A stretch of DNA of 64,000 bases, taken from Alphaproteobacteria bacterium. GTDB taxonomy: Bacteria; Pseudomonadota; Alphaproteobacteria; UBA828. The translations under genes were made by a program, and so were the position numbers. Below, one piece after another: positions 48,737 to 58,104 of the stretch. The stretch spans positions 1,024,001 through 1,088,000 of the forward strand of contig CBDEFM010000002.1 in assembly GCA_965237415.1 (NCBI GenBank). The letters run 5' to 3'. The notes beneath the pieces are model-generated. The model was not told the DNA's origin and ran no database searches. It was given only the letters and a program-made list of their open reading frames with translations. Numbering within the stretch: position 1 is the stretch's first letter; each line of letters opens with the position of its first letter.

Positions 48737-49974
48737 GCGACGACGCTGCCGCGGCACCTCAGGCGCCCCCGATCCGCCCGCTCGAAGGGCTCACCGTCGT
48801 CTCCATCGAACAGTACGGCGCCGCCCCCTTCGGCACCATGTACCTCGCCGACCTCGGCGCAGACGTCATCAAGATCGAGAACCACAAGACCGGCGGCGAG
48901 ATGGGCCGCCATGTCCTGCCCTACGCCGAAGACGGCGACAGCCTCTTCTACCAGACCTTCAGCTGCAACAAGCGCTGCCTCGCGCTGGACCTGAAGAAAC
49001 CGCGCGGCCGCGAGATCCTGGAGCGCCTGGCTGGGCGCGCAGACGCCCTCATCAACAACCTGCGCGGCGATCTGCCGGGCGCGCTCGGGCTCGACTATGC
49101 CAGCCTCAGCGCCGCCAACCCGCGCCTCGTCTGCGTGCACCTCTCGGCCTACGGCCGCGACAACGAGCGCGCCGCCTGGCCCGGCCTCGACTACGTGATG
49201 CAGGCCGAGGCCGGCTACCTTTCCATGACCGGGGAACCCGACAGCGTGCCGACCCGATTCGGGCTCTCGGTCGTCGATTTCATGGGCGGGCTCACCGCGG
49301 CGCTCGCGCTGGTCTCGGGCGTCATGCGGGCGCGCGCCACCGGGCAGGGCATGGACCTCGACACCCCGCTCTACGACGTGGCCATGAACAACCTCAGCTA
49401 CCCGGCGACCTGGCACCTCAACGAGGGCTTCGAGCCCAAGCGGGTGGCCCGCTCTGGCCATCCCTCGCTGGTGCCGAGCGAGCTCTACCGCACCGCCGAC
49501 GGCTGGATTTTCGTGATGGCCAACAAGGCGAACTTCTGGCCCGCCCTTTGCCAGGCGATGGAGCGGCCGCAATGGATCGAGGATCCCCTGATGCGGGACT
49601 TCGCCGCACGCTACGAGAACCGGGACGAAGTCGTGCGTCGGCTGGAGGCGGTGTTCCTGACCCGCACCACCGAGGCGTGGCTGGAGCGGCTCGGCGGCGT
49701 CCTCCCCTGCGCGCCGGTCAACGACGTGGCGGGCGCGCTCGCGAGCGGCTTCGCCGAGCAGAGACGTATAGTGCAGGAGGTGCCGCATCCCGCGCGGGGC
49801 GCGATGCGCATGGTCCGCCAGCCGATCACGGTGGACGGCGCCGTCATGCCGCGCCGCGCCGCGCCTGCGCTCGGCGCCGATACCGCCGCCATCCTCGCCG
49901 AGCTCGGTTACCGACCTGACGAGATCGAAGCCCTGGAGGCCGACGGCACGGTCCTCCGCGCCAGCGGCTCATAA
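48733..49974 (+). CDS. CaiB/BaiF (family III) CoA-transferase
   Basis: AAPFGTMYLADLGADVIKIE, NKR...LDLK, GLDYVMQAEAG, APALGADT. Confidence 0.93.
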   Translation: MSDDAAAAPQAPPIRPLEGLTVVSIEQYGAAPFGTMYLADLGADVIKIENHKTGGEMGRHVLPYAEDGDSLFYQTFSCNKRCLALDLKKPRGREILERLAGRADALINNLRGDLPGALGLDYASLSAANPRLVCVHLSAYGRDNERAAWPGLDYVMQAEAGYLSMTGEPDSVPTRFGLSVVDFMGGLTAALALVSGVMRARATGQGMDLDTPLYDVAMNNLSYPATWHLNEGFEPKRVARSGHPSLVPSELYRTADGWIFVMANKANFWPALCQAMERPQWIEDPLMRDFAARYENRDEVVRRLEAVFLTRTTEAWLERLGGVLPCAPVNDVAGALASGFAEQRRIVQEVPHPARGAMRMVRQPITVDGAVMPRRAAPALGADTAAILAELGYRPDEIEALEADGTVLRASGS

Positions 49975-50004
49975 CACCGGCGACCCCGCGGGCCGGCTAC
50001 CGCG

Positions 50005-50316
50005 TCATGCCGCATGGATGGTCTCAGCAGACCCCAAGATGGCCTTTCGGCGTAGGTGATTGCAGCTCCGCTCGATGCCGCGGCGGCTCACGAGATCGAC
50101 TTCGCGGCCGAAGAGCGCCCTCAGCTCTTCCTCCATCTCAACCATGTTGAAGAGCGTGTGGCGCGCGCCATCCTTGAACGCGACGAGCACGTCGATGTCG
50201 CTGTCCGGCCCAAAATCGTCCCGCAGGACGGAGCCGAACAGCGCCATCTCCGTCACCTGCCAGCGCTCGCAGAAGGCGGCGAGTCCCTCGGTCGGTATGG
50301 CGATGCGCGCGGTCAT
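50005..50316 (-). CDS. Minimal nucleotidyltransferase (MNT/MntA-like), no intact HEPN partner
   Basis: LFGSVLRDDFGPDSDIDVLV, GREVDLV. Confidence 0.88.
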   Translation of the reverse strand: MTARIAIPTEGLAAFCERWQVTEMALFGSVLRDDFGPDSDIDVLVAFKDGARHTLFNMVEMEEELRALFGREVDLVSRRGIERSCNHLRRKAILGSAETIHAA

Positions 50317-50342
50317 GCCCAAAGCGCCTGATTCGCGCCCTC

Positions 50343-51767
50343 TCAGGCGAAGCTAAAGAGCCGCGCCACCTCTGCCGGCGTGGAGTCTCCATCGAGCGCC
50401 ATCACCGCGTCTAACGCACGCGCGGCCCGGTCGGGTGCGAGCGTCATCGCCGCGTTGTCGCGGAACTTGGCGATGATCTCGTCGGCGCCGAGGGGCCGGC
50501 TGTCGGCGCCTCGATTGACCTGCTCGCGGTGGCTGAGCGTGCGGCCGTCGGTGGTGCGGATCACCACCTCGCCCGAGTAATAGGTCGGGAAGGCCGAGTC
50601 GGGATCGACGCGATAGCTGATCCGGTCGCAGAGCGCGAGCACCGCCGGGTCGGTGTAGGCCTGGGGCTCGAGCTCGGCCAGGGTGAAGCGCCCGCGGGCG
50701 AGCACGCTCGCGATCATGTAGTGGACGCTGAACTGGGCCTCGTAGGCGCTGGCCGGGCGGCGCTTGGCGGCCTCGGGCTCGCATACGACGCTGACACAGC
50801 CCTCGCCGATCAGCGCGTCCACGCTCTCCACATCGTCGGGCGCGATCCCGTGGTCGTCGCGCAGTACCTGTGCCGCATCGCCGAGCGCATGCACCAGGTG
50901 GCAGGCCGGATAGGGCTTGATGCCGATGCGCAGCATCTCCCAATCCTCGCCGAGGCCGGCCGTGCACATCGGCCAGTCGATCGCCGCATCGTGGGCGCCG
51001 TAGAGCGCGTAGAGGCCGAATCGCCCTTCGTATGGTTCGGCCGGACCTCGAAAACCCTGCTGGGCGAGAGCGGCGGCGCTGATCCCGGAAACGGCTGCCC
51101 AGCCGGGGTGCATCCGCTTGGTCCAGGCGCCGTCATCCAGGAACTGCAGGCTGCCGGAAGCCATGCTGAGCGCGATGCCCTGGGCATGGGCGAGCTGCGC
51201 CTCGGTCATGCCCGCGAGCCGGCCGGCGGCGAGCGTCGTGCCGAACACGCCGACCATGCCGGTGGGATGGAAGCCCAGCCGATGGAAGCCGCCCTGGGCG
51301 GCGGCGGCGATGCGCGCCGCGCCCTCGATGGCCGCGAGATAGGCCGCGAGCGTCTCCCGCCCCGAGGCGCCGTGCCGCTGGCCGGCGGCGAGCACCGTCG
51401 GCACCGCGCTCGCCGTGGCATGGATCACGCCGCCGACGTGGGTGTCGTCGTAGTCGAGGCCGTGGATCAGGAAGCCGTTCATCTGTGCGGCGTCGCGCAG
51501 CGGCAGCGCTGCCGGCATCCCGATGACGGGATAGGGCCCGTCGCCGGCAAGTCCGTGGATGGCCGTCAGCGTCTTGTGGCTGAAATCGTAGCGCGACGCC
51601 GCGAGGCCGATGCCCAGCGCGTCGAGGATGTGCAGCTTCGCGCGCTCGATCACGGCTTCGGGCACGTCGTCGAGGGTCAGCTCGCGGGCGAAGCGCGCAA
51701 GCGTGCGCGCGATCGGCTCGCTCCGGGCGGGTTCGGGCTGCGGGGCGGTCGCTTCGGCGAGGGCCAT
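50343..51767 (-). CDS. MmgE/PrpD family protein
   Basis: HGLDYDDTH, GFHPTG, KRMHPG, IKPYPACH, AQFS. Confidence 0.92.
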   Translation of the reverse strand: MALAEATAPQPEPARSEPIARTLARFARELTLDDVPEAVIERAKLHILDALGIGLAASRYDFSHKTLTAIHGLAGDGPYPVIGMPAALPLRDAAQMNGFLIHGLDYDDTHVGGVIHATASAVPTVLAAGQRHGASGRETLAAYLAAIEGAARIAAAAQGGFHRLGFHPTGMVGVFGTTLAAGRLAGMTEAQLAHAQGIALSMASGSLQFLDDGAWTKRMHPGWAAVSGISAAALAQQGFRGPAEPYEGRFGLYALYGAHDAAIDWPMCTAGLGEDWEMLRIGIKPYPACHLVHALGDAAQVLRDDHGIAPDDVESVDALIGEGCVSVVCEPEAAKRRPASAYEAQFSVHYMIASVLARGRFTLAELEPQAYTDPAVLALCDRISYRVDPDSAFPTYYSGEVVIRTTDGRTLSHREQVNRGADSRPLGADEIIAKFRDNAAMTLAPDRAARALDAVMALDGDSTPAEVARLFSFA

Positions 51768-51882
51768 CGGGAGTCTCTGTCGTTGTGGGGATCGGCCAGT
51801 CTGACTCTAGCACGGCTCTTTGGAGGCCGCCTTTGCTATGCGATGGTGGCGACGCCTTGCGCTCTTGCCCGGAGAGGAAGAC

Positions 51883-52569
51883 ATGACCGCGCAACCCATC
51901 AAGCCCGCGCTCTTCGACTTTCTGCGCGAGCTCAAGGCCAACAACGAGCGGCCGTGGTTCGAGGCGAACAAGGCGCGTTACCGGGCCGAGGTGCGCGACC
52001 CCATGCTCGACTTCATCCAGGCCTTCGCGGAGCCGCTGGCGGAGATCAGCCCGCACTTCCGCGCCGATCCCAGGCCCAACGGCGGCTCGCTCTTCCGCAT
52101 CTATCGGGACACGCGGTTCTCGAAGGACAAGACGCCCTACAAGACCAATGTCGGCGCGCACTTCCGCCACGAAGCGGGCAAGGATGCCCACGCGCCCGGC
52201 TTCTATCTGCATCTGGAGCCCGGCATGTGCTTCGCCGGCTGCGGCGTCTGGCATCCGGACGGCGCCACGCTCGGGAAGATTCGCGACGCGGTCGTGGAAC
52301 GACCGGAGGAATGGACGCGCATCACCGCGTCCGACGCCTTCTGCCAGACCTTTCACTTGGCGGGCGAGGCGCTCAAGCGGCCGCCGCGCGGCTACGACCC
52401 CGAGCACCCTCTGATCGAGGACCTCAAGCGCAAGGACTTCGTGGCGATCACCGACATCCCCGAGGCCGAGGCGATCCGCCCCGACTTTCTCGTGCGCTTC
52501 ACGACGATTGCGCGCGCCGGTGGCGAGTTGACCGCCTTCCTGTGCAGAGCCGTCGGCGTCCCGTTCTAG
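51883..52569 (+). CDS. DUF2461 (TIGR02453) family protein
   Basis: FLRELKANNERPWF, FRIYRDTRFSKDKTPYKT, LKRPPRGY. Confidence 0.9.
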   Translation: MTAQPIKPALFDFLRELKANNERPWFEANKARYRAEVRDPMLDFIQAFAEPLAEISPHFRADPRPNGGSLFRIYRDTRFSKDKTPYKTNVGAHFRHEAGKDAHAPGFYLHLEPGMCFAGCGVWHPDGATLGKIRDAVVERPEEWTRITASDAFCQTFHLAGEALKRPPRGYDPEHPLIEDLKRKDFVAITDIPEAEAIRPDFLVRFTTIARAGGELTAFLCRAVGVPF

Positions 52570-52588
52570 GAGGGCGTCCTCCCCTGCC

Positions 52589-53035
52589 CTATTCCCCTTT
52601 CGGTGGGGTCGCCGCTGGCCTGGGCGCCCCTTGTGGGAACTCCTGCACACCCTCCGGGAACCTGATCCAGGGATGCTTGCTCTCGCTCCAGACCACGCGG
52701 GCGGGCTCGACAAAGCCGGGCTCGGCGAAACAGCCGACTGCGACGCCGAGATGCTCGGGGCGAAGCTCCGCGGTCCAGTAGACGCTCGTCCCGCACTCGG
52801 GGCAGAAGCGGATGGAGACGTCCAGCCCTGAGTCTGCCACCCTTGAGTGGACCCGTGCCTCGCCCTCTGTCGTCGCCGCCTCCTTGCGGAAGTAGGCGCC
52901 CATCCCGAAGGGGCTGCCGGTGCGCCGCTGGCAGGCCAGGCAGCTGCAGGCCATGACGATGTCGGGATCGCCGACCGTGTTGACCCGGAGCTGACCGCAT
53001 TGGCAGGTGGCCCGATGGGTGTCTGCGCCTGACAT
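52589..53035 (-). CDS. GFA (Mss4-like Zn-binding) family protein
   Basis: CQCG, CSCLACQRRTG, FCPECGT. Confidence 0.9.
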   Translation of the reverse strand: MSGADTHRATCQCGQLRVNTVGDPDIVMACSCLACQRRTGSPFGMGAYFRKEAATTEGEARVHSRVADSGLDVSIRFCPECGTSVYWTAELRPEHLGVAVGCFAEPGFVEPARVVWSESKHPWIRFPEGVQEFPQGAPRPAATPPKGE

Positions 53036-53148
53036 GGGAGTTCTCCGCCGCTCGATCCGATCGGCACACCATAGCCGCGCGGGTGACGGCCGGAAACCGC
53101 CCCGCAGACCATGACCCCGGCGAGAAATCCGGGCTAGGCTGCGAGACT

Positions 53149-55230
53149 ATGCGCCCGGCGATCCTCAATTCGCTCTTCGCGCCGGCGACGGCGTTGCCAG
53201 GACTCGGCCCCCGCACCGCGCCGGCTGTCGAGCGACTGGCCGGGCCGCTGGCGGTGCACCTGCTTTGGCATCTCCCGTCGGGGCTGATCGACCGGCGCCA
53301 CGCGCCGAAGGTCGCCGAAGCCGAGGCCGGCACCACGGCGACGCTCACGGTGCGGGTCGATCGCCACCAGCCCGCGCCGGACCGGCGCCGCCCCGCCAGG
53401 GTCTATTGCTCGGATGAGACCGGGACCCTCACGCTGGTCTTCTTCCACGCGAAGGGCGACTGGCTCCGCCAGAAGCTGCCCGAAGGGACCGTGCGGGTGG
53501 TGAGCGGGCGCGTCGAACGCTACGGCAGCGAAATCCAGATGGTGCACCCCGATCACATCGCGCCGCTCGACGAGCGGGATAGCGTGCAGACGGTCGAGCC
53601 CATCTATCCGCTGACCGCGGGGGTTACGCTGAAGCCGATGACCCGCGCGGTGCGCGCCGCGCTCGCGCGAGCGCCGGCGCTGCCGGAATGGATCGAGCCG
53701 CGCTTGGCGGCGGCGCGTCGGTGGCCGCCCTGGAACGAGGCGCTCGCGGCGGCGCATGCGCCCGAGAGCGCCGCCGACCTGGAAGCGGACACCCCTGCCC
53801 GCTCGCGCCTCGCCTACGACGAGCTGCTGGCGAACCAACTGGCGCTGGCGCTGATGCGCCGCTCCGCCCGAGGCGGGCGGGGCCGCGCCATCGCCGGCGG
53901 CGGCCGGCTGCGCCGCGCGGTCGAGGCCGCGCTCCCCTTCCGCCTGACCGAAGGCCAGCGCGCCGCCGCCGCCGAAATCGCCGAGGACCTCGCGAAGGAA
54001 CGCCGCATGCTCCGCCTCTTCCAGGGCGACGTCGGCAGCGGCAAGACCGTGGTGGCATTGCTTGCCATGCTGGTCGCGGTGGAGGCCGGCGCGCAGGCCG
54101 CGCTGATGGTGCCGACCGAGCTGCTGGCGAACCAGCACGCCGCTACGCTCGGCGCTCTGTTGGAGGGCAGCGGCGTCTCCCTCGCCCTGCTCACGGGGCG
54201 GGATACGGGGCGCGCGAGAGAAAGAACGCTGGCGGCGCTGGCCGCCGGCGAGGTCGATATCCTGGTCGGCACCCACGCGCTCTTCCAGAAGGGGGTCGAC
54301 TTCAAGGACCTCGCCCTCGCCGTGGTCGACGAGCAGCATCGCTTCGGCGTGCACCAGCGCATGATGCTCGCGCGCAAGGGGCCGGCGGCAGACCTGCTGG
54401 TGATGACCGCGACCCCGATCCCGCGTTCGCTCGTGCTCACCGCTTATGGCGACATGGACGTCTCCCGCCTCGAAGGTCGACTGCCGGGCCGGGCCGCCGT
54501 CGAGACCCGCGCCATGCCGCTGGAGCGGCTGGAGGAGGTCGTCGCCGCCGTGCGCCGCGCGCGCTGTACCGGCGCCAAGGTCTACTGGGTCTGCCCGCTG
54601 GTGGAGGAGTCGGAAGCCGTGGACCTCGCCGCCGCGACAGACCGCCATGCACGGCTCGCCGAGGCGTTCGGCGACAGTGTCGCGCTGATCCACGGCCGCA
54701 TGAAGGCGCCGGAGAAGGACGCCGCCATGGCCGCCTTTGCCGAGGGCAGCGCCGACATCCTGGTGGCGACGACGGTGGTCGAGGTCGGTGTCGACGTGCC
54801 CACGGCCACCATCATGATCGTCGAGCACGCGGAGCGGTTCGGGCTCGCTCAGCTTCACCAACTGCGCGGGCGGGTGGGGCGCGGCGAAAAACCGGGCACG
54901 TGCCTGCTGCTCTATGCCCCGCCACTCGGCGAGGCCGCCCGATCGCGGATCAACATTCTCCGCGAGACCGACGACGGCTTTCGCATCGCCGAGGAGGATC
55001 TCCGCCTGCGCGGCGCCGGTGAGTTGCTGGGCACGCGCCAGAGCGGAGCGCCGGACTTCCATCTCGCCGATCTCGCCGTCCACGAGGAGCTGCTGGCGGT
55101 CGCCCGCGACGACGTGCGCCTCGTCCGCGACCGCGACCCGGAGCTCGAATCGGAGCGCGGACAGGCGCTGCGCACGCTGCTTTATCTCTTCGAGCGCGAC
55201 ATGGCGGTGCGCTACCTGCGCTCGGGTTGA
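53149..55230 (+). CDS. recG: ATP-dependent DNA helicase RecG
   Basis: QGDVGSGKT, DEQHRFG, MTATPIPR, QLHQLRGRVGRG, GTRQSG; wedge-domain N-terminus. Confidence 0.96.
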   Translation: MRPAILNSLFAPATALPGLGPRTAPAVERLAGPLAVHLLWHLPSGLIDRRHAPKVAEAEAGTTATLTVRVDRHQPAPDRRRPARVYCSDETGTLTLVFFHAKGDWLRQKLPEGTVRVVSGRVERYGSEIQMVHPDHIAPLDERDSVQTVEPIYPLTAGVTLKPMTRAVRAALARAPALPEWIEPRLAAARRWPPWNEALAAAHAPESAADLEADTPARSRLAYDELLANQLALALMRRSARGGRGRAIAGGGRLRRAVEAALPFRLTEGQRAAAAEIAEDLAKERRMLRLFQGDVGSGKTVVALLAMLVAVEAGAQAALMVPTELLANQHAATLGALLEGSGVSLALLTGRDTGRARERTLAALAAGEVDILVGTHALFQKGVDFKDLALAVVDEQHRFGVHQRMMLARKGPAADLLVMTATPIPRSLVLTAYGDMDVSRLEGRLPGRAAVETRAMPLERLEEVVAAVRRARCTGAKVYWVCPLVEESEAVDLAAATDRHARLAEAFGDSVALIHGRMKAPEKDAAMAAFAEGSADILVATTVVEVGVDVPTATIMIVEHAERFGLAQLHQLRGRVGRGEKPGTCLLLYAPPLGEAARSRINILRETDDGFRIAEEDLRLRGAGELLGTRQSGAPDFHLADLAVHEELLAVARDDVRLVRDRDPELESERGQALRTLLYLFERDMAVRYLRSG

Positions 55231-55239
55231 TGCGCATTC

Positions 55240-55461
55240 CCCGGACCATGGTGCGGTGCATAGCGCGCGGCGGGCGCGTCAGGATTGCGCCATGCAGTGC
55301 ACGAGCGAACCGCCCGCACCCCACGTCATTGCCGCCGCTTGTCCCGGGGAATCCCACTTATCCCACTTAATCCCACTTAATCCCGGCGAATCCCGCATGA
55401 AGAAGTGTGTTGTTCGAGGTGGGACGCGGAACCGGACCGCGAGCGTAGCGAAAAATGCGGG
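55240..55461. repeat. Dispersed non-coding element copy B with 10-bp-period TCCC array
   Basis: TCCC boxes start at 55342, 55352, 55361, 55371, 55381, 55391; fills the gap between convergent recG and DUF1491 genes; inverted homolog of 31419-31680. Confidence 0.85.
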
Positions 55462-55469
55462 TTAGGCGT

Positions 55470-55808
55470 TCAGCCGGTCAGCGTCGCGAACGGATTGCTG
55501 CCCTCGGGGTCCTCGACCTCGACGATCCAGACGTCCGGATCGAAGTCGATCTCCCGCGTCAGCCGCGCCTCGGCGTCCGCCTCGGGGATCCAGCCCTCGC
55601 CGGTCGCGCGGCGCCAGGTGAGATCGCCGTCGAGCGATTGCGTCCGGGCGAAGACCGCCGCCGTGCCGTCGAGGCGGCTCACCTTGACCAGCAGCGCCCC
55701 CGCGTCGGCATCGCCCCGCCGCCTGAGCACGGCGGCGAGCAGCGCCTGCTGGCAATAGCGGAAGCCCGCCTGCACCAGCACCTCGGTCTTGAGCCGTGCC
55801 TCGGTCAT
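55470..55808 (-). CDS. DUF1491 family protein
   Basis: RLKTE, RRGDADAGALLVKV, FDPDVWIVEVED. Confidence 0.88.
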   Translation of the reverse strand: MTEARLKTEVLVQAGFRYCQQALLAAVLRRRGDADAGALLVKVSRLDGTAAVFARTQSLDGDLTWRRATGEGWIPEADAEARLTREIDFDPDVWIVEVEDPEGSNPFATLTG

Positions 55809-55836
55809 CGCCGCGCCCCTGCCTCGGGGTCAACCT

Positions 55837-56334
55837 TCACTCGTCTTCCTCGGCCGCGGCGCGGTCGATGAGCGGATGACGCAGGCGGTCGCCGGGAGCG
55901 ATCCCGAGGCGCTCAGCACTGCCGCCCGCCATCTCCAGCACGAAGCGGACCGGCTGGCCGGAGCGTATCCGATTCTCCGAAAGCGGCGTGGTCCGCTCGG
56001 CGATGGTGACGATTCGGCCGTCGCTCTCGGCGAAGAACATGTCGAGGGGAATCAGGGTGTTCTTCATCCACATGGTGACCTGCCGCGTCGCGCGGAAGTC
56101 GAACAGCATGCCGCGGTCTGGCGCGAGTTCGGTGCGGTGCATGAGGCCGACTCCGCGCTCCTCCGGCGTGTCGGCGATCTCGACCATGACGGTGTGAGCG
56201 CCCGCGCCGGTTTCAATCGTCAACGGCTCCGGCGCGTCGTTCTCCGCCGCAACGGCAGAGGCAAACCCCGCAACCGTGAGCAGAGCCACGAGTGCAACCG
56301 CGAGCGCGAGCATCGGCTGTCGGCGAATGACCAT
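55837..56334 (-). CDS. DUF192 family exported protein
   Basis: VEIADTPEERGVGLM, GMLFDF, MWMKNTLIPLDM, VLEMAGG. Confidence 0.9.
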   Translation of the reverse strand: MVIRRQPMLALAVALVALLTVAGFASAVAAENDAPEPLTIETGAGAHTVMVEIADTPEERGVGLMHRTELAPDRGMLFDFRATRQVTMWMKNTLIPLDMFFAESDGRIVTIAERTTPLSENRIRSGQPVRFVLEMAGGSAERLGIAPGDRLRHPLIDRAAAEEDE

Positions 56335-56507
56335 CGGCGTGGTCTATCGGCTGCGCGCAGTCCCGTAAACCGGATTCGGGCCTCCCAGCTGCCGCCTGCG
56401 CGACGACCGGCCACTCAGGAGCCTCGAACGCGAATTCGGACGATTGTCACGCCTTGTTCGGCCCCCTACCCTAGTGAGCGGTCAGACCTGACAGGGGGGA
56501 CCAGACC

Positions 56508-57005
56508 ATGAAGAAGATCGTCTTGTCATTGGCGGTACTAATAGCGTCGGTAGGCGTGGCGAACGCCGGCCAGTATCTGCAGGCGTCATCGTCCGTGACC
56601 CAGTGCCCGGGCACGGCGCCCGAGGTGGTCGCGATGGATATCGTCGATGCGGCCAAAGGCATCGCCATGGCGAACAATCAGATCACGGTCGGGAAAGCCG
56701 GGGCCTATCTGATCTTCGCCGCACCCCAGGTCGGCCGCGAGGGCGGGGGGCCATACGGCTGCTTCGACCTGTGGCTGCGGATCAACGGCGCCGATGTCGC
56801 CAACTCCAACGTCCAACTCTGCCAGGACGAGGGCAGCATGGCCAAGGACGTCATCATCTCCCAGGGCATCGTCCCCATGGCGGCGGGCGACATGCTCGAA
56901 GTGATGATGTCGGCCAGCAACCCCGAGGCGAACATCTGCATCGAGGCGATTCAGCCAGCCGGTGAGCCGCTGGTGCCGGCGATCATCTTCTCGATGATCA
57001 AGTAG
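56508..57005 (+). CDS. Secreted hypothetical protein, possible C1q/TNF/BclA-CTD-like beta-sandwich
   Basis: Sec signal MKKIVLS...ANA; ITVGKAGAYLI, LWLRING, AAGDMLEV pattern; four Cys. Confidence 0.65.
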   Translation: MKKIVLSLAVLIASVGVANAGQYLQASSSVTQCPGTAPEVVAMDIVDAAKGIAMANNQITVGKAGAYLIFAAPQVGREGGGPYGCFDLWLRINGADVANSNVQLCQDEGSMAKDVIISQGIVPMAAGDMLEVMMSASNPEANICIEAIQPAGEPLVPAIIFSMIK

Positions 57006-57009
57006 CGGA

Positions 57010-57060
57010 GAGTGCGCCGCTCCGGACGCCTCGCCGGACTGCGGCGCACTCCTTACTTTC
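57010..57060 (+). terminator. Probable intrinsic terminator
   Basis: GAGTGCGCCGC/GCGGCGCACTC stem with inner TCCGG/CCGGA, then CTTACTTTC. Confidence 0.55.
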
Positions 57061-57190
57061 GCTTTCCTCGCTGACCCTTGGTGGCGCGGGGCAATCGCCC
57101 GCGGACGGTCGAGGCAGGCTTGCATGGCTGGTTGCAAGCTGCCATGTAACCTTGCCCAACCGCACACTCTCCAGCCGGGAGCACACGGGA

Positions 57191-58096
57191 ATGGATCCCC
57201 TTATCGGCCAGGCGGCCGGCGGCACGTCGCAGCCGAAGGACACGACGACCCAGAGCTTCGCCGCCGACGTGATCGAAGCGTCGCACTCGACCCCCGTGAT
57301 CGTCGATTTCTGGGCACCCTGGTGCGGCCCCTGCAAGCAGCTTGCACCGATCCTGGAGAGGACGGTGAGGGACGCCGGCGGCAAGGTCGCGCTGGTCAAG
57401 GTCAATATCGACGAGAATCCGGAAATCGCGCAGCAGCTCCGCATCCAATCCATTCCAGCCGTCTTTGCGTTCAATCAGGGGCAGCCGGTCGACGGCTTCA
57501 TCGGCGCTCAGTCGGAAAGCCAGATCAAGGGGTTCGTGGAGCGTCTGGTCGGGCCGATGGGCCCTTCGCCGCTGGAGCAGGCCCTGGAGCAGGCCAAGCA
57601 GGCGCTGGATGACGGCGACTATACCGGCGCGTCGAACATCTACGGCCAGGTCTTGCGGCAGGTGCCGGGCGAGACGGCGGCGATCGCGGGGCTGGTGCGC
57701 TGCCTCGTCGCCGCCGGCGATCTCGCCGAGGCCCGCGAGCTGGTGGACGGGCTCGACGACGATGCGCTGAAGGACGCCGACGTGGAGGGCGCGATATCGG
57801 CGCTCTCGCTCGCCGAGCAGGCCGGCGAGGCCGATAGCGATACCGCCGCGCTCCAGGCGCAACTCGCCCAGGACCCCGGCGATCACCAGGCCCGCTTCGA
57901 CCTCGCCATGGCCCATCACGGCGCCGGGCGCAACGAGCAGGCCATCGACGAGCTGATCGAGATCATTCGCCGCGATCGGGAGTGGAACGAGCAGGCCGCG
58001 CGCCAGCAGCTGCTCAAGCTGTTCGAGGCCCTGGGCCACGCGGAACCGCTCACGGTCGCCGGCCGCCGCAAGCTGTCGTCGATCCTGTTCTCCTGA
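57191..58096 (+). CDS. Thioredoxin + TPR chaperedoxin (YbbN/CnoX family)
   Basis: DFWAPWCGPCK, IQSIP, C-terminal GRRKLSSILFS. Confidence 0.92.
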   Translation: MDPLIGQAAGGTSQPKDTTTQSFAADVIEASHSTPVIVDFWAPWCGPCKQLAPILERTVRDAGGKVALVKVNIDENPEIAQQLRIQSIPAVFAFNQGQPVDGFIGAQSESQIKGFVERLVGPMGPSPLEQALEQAKQALDDGDYTGASNIYGQVLRQVPGETAAIAGLVRCLVAAGDLAEARELVDGLDDDALKDADVEGAISALSLAEQAGEADSDTAALQAQLAQDPGDHQARFDLAMAHHGAGRNEQAIDELIEIIRRDREWNEQAARQQLLKLFEALGHAEPLTVAGRRKLSSILFS

Positions 58097-58104
58097 GGCA
58101 TGCC

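Noticed and set aside
25432-50316. HEPN-like gene and MNT gene as one split toxin-antitoxin pair
   Set aside because: About 24 kb apart, different composition, and the HEPN-like protein does not look like DUF86/HepT
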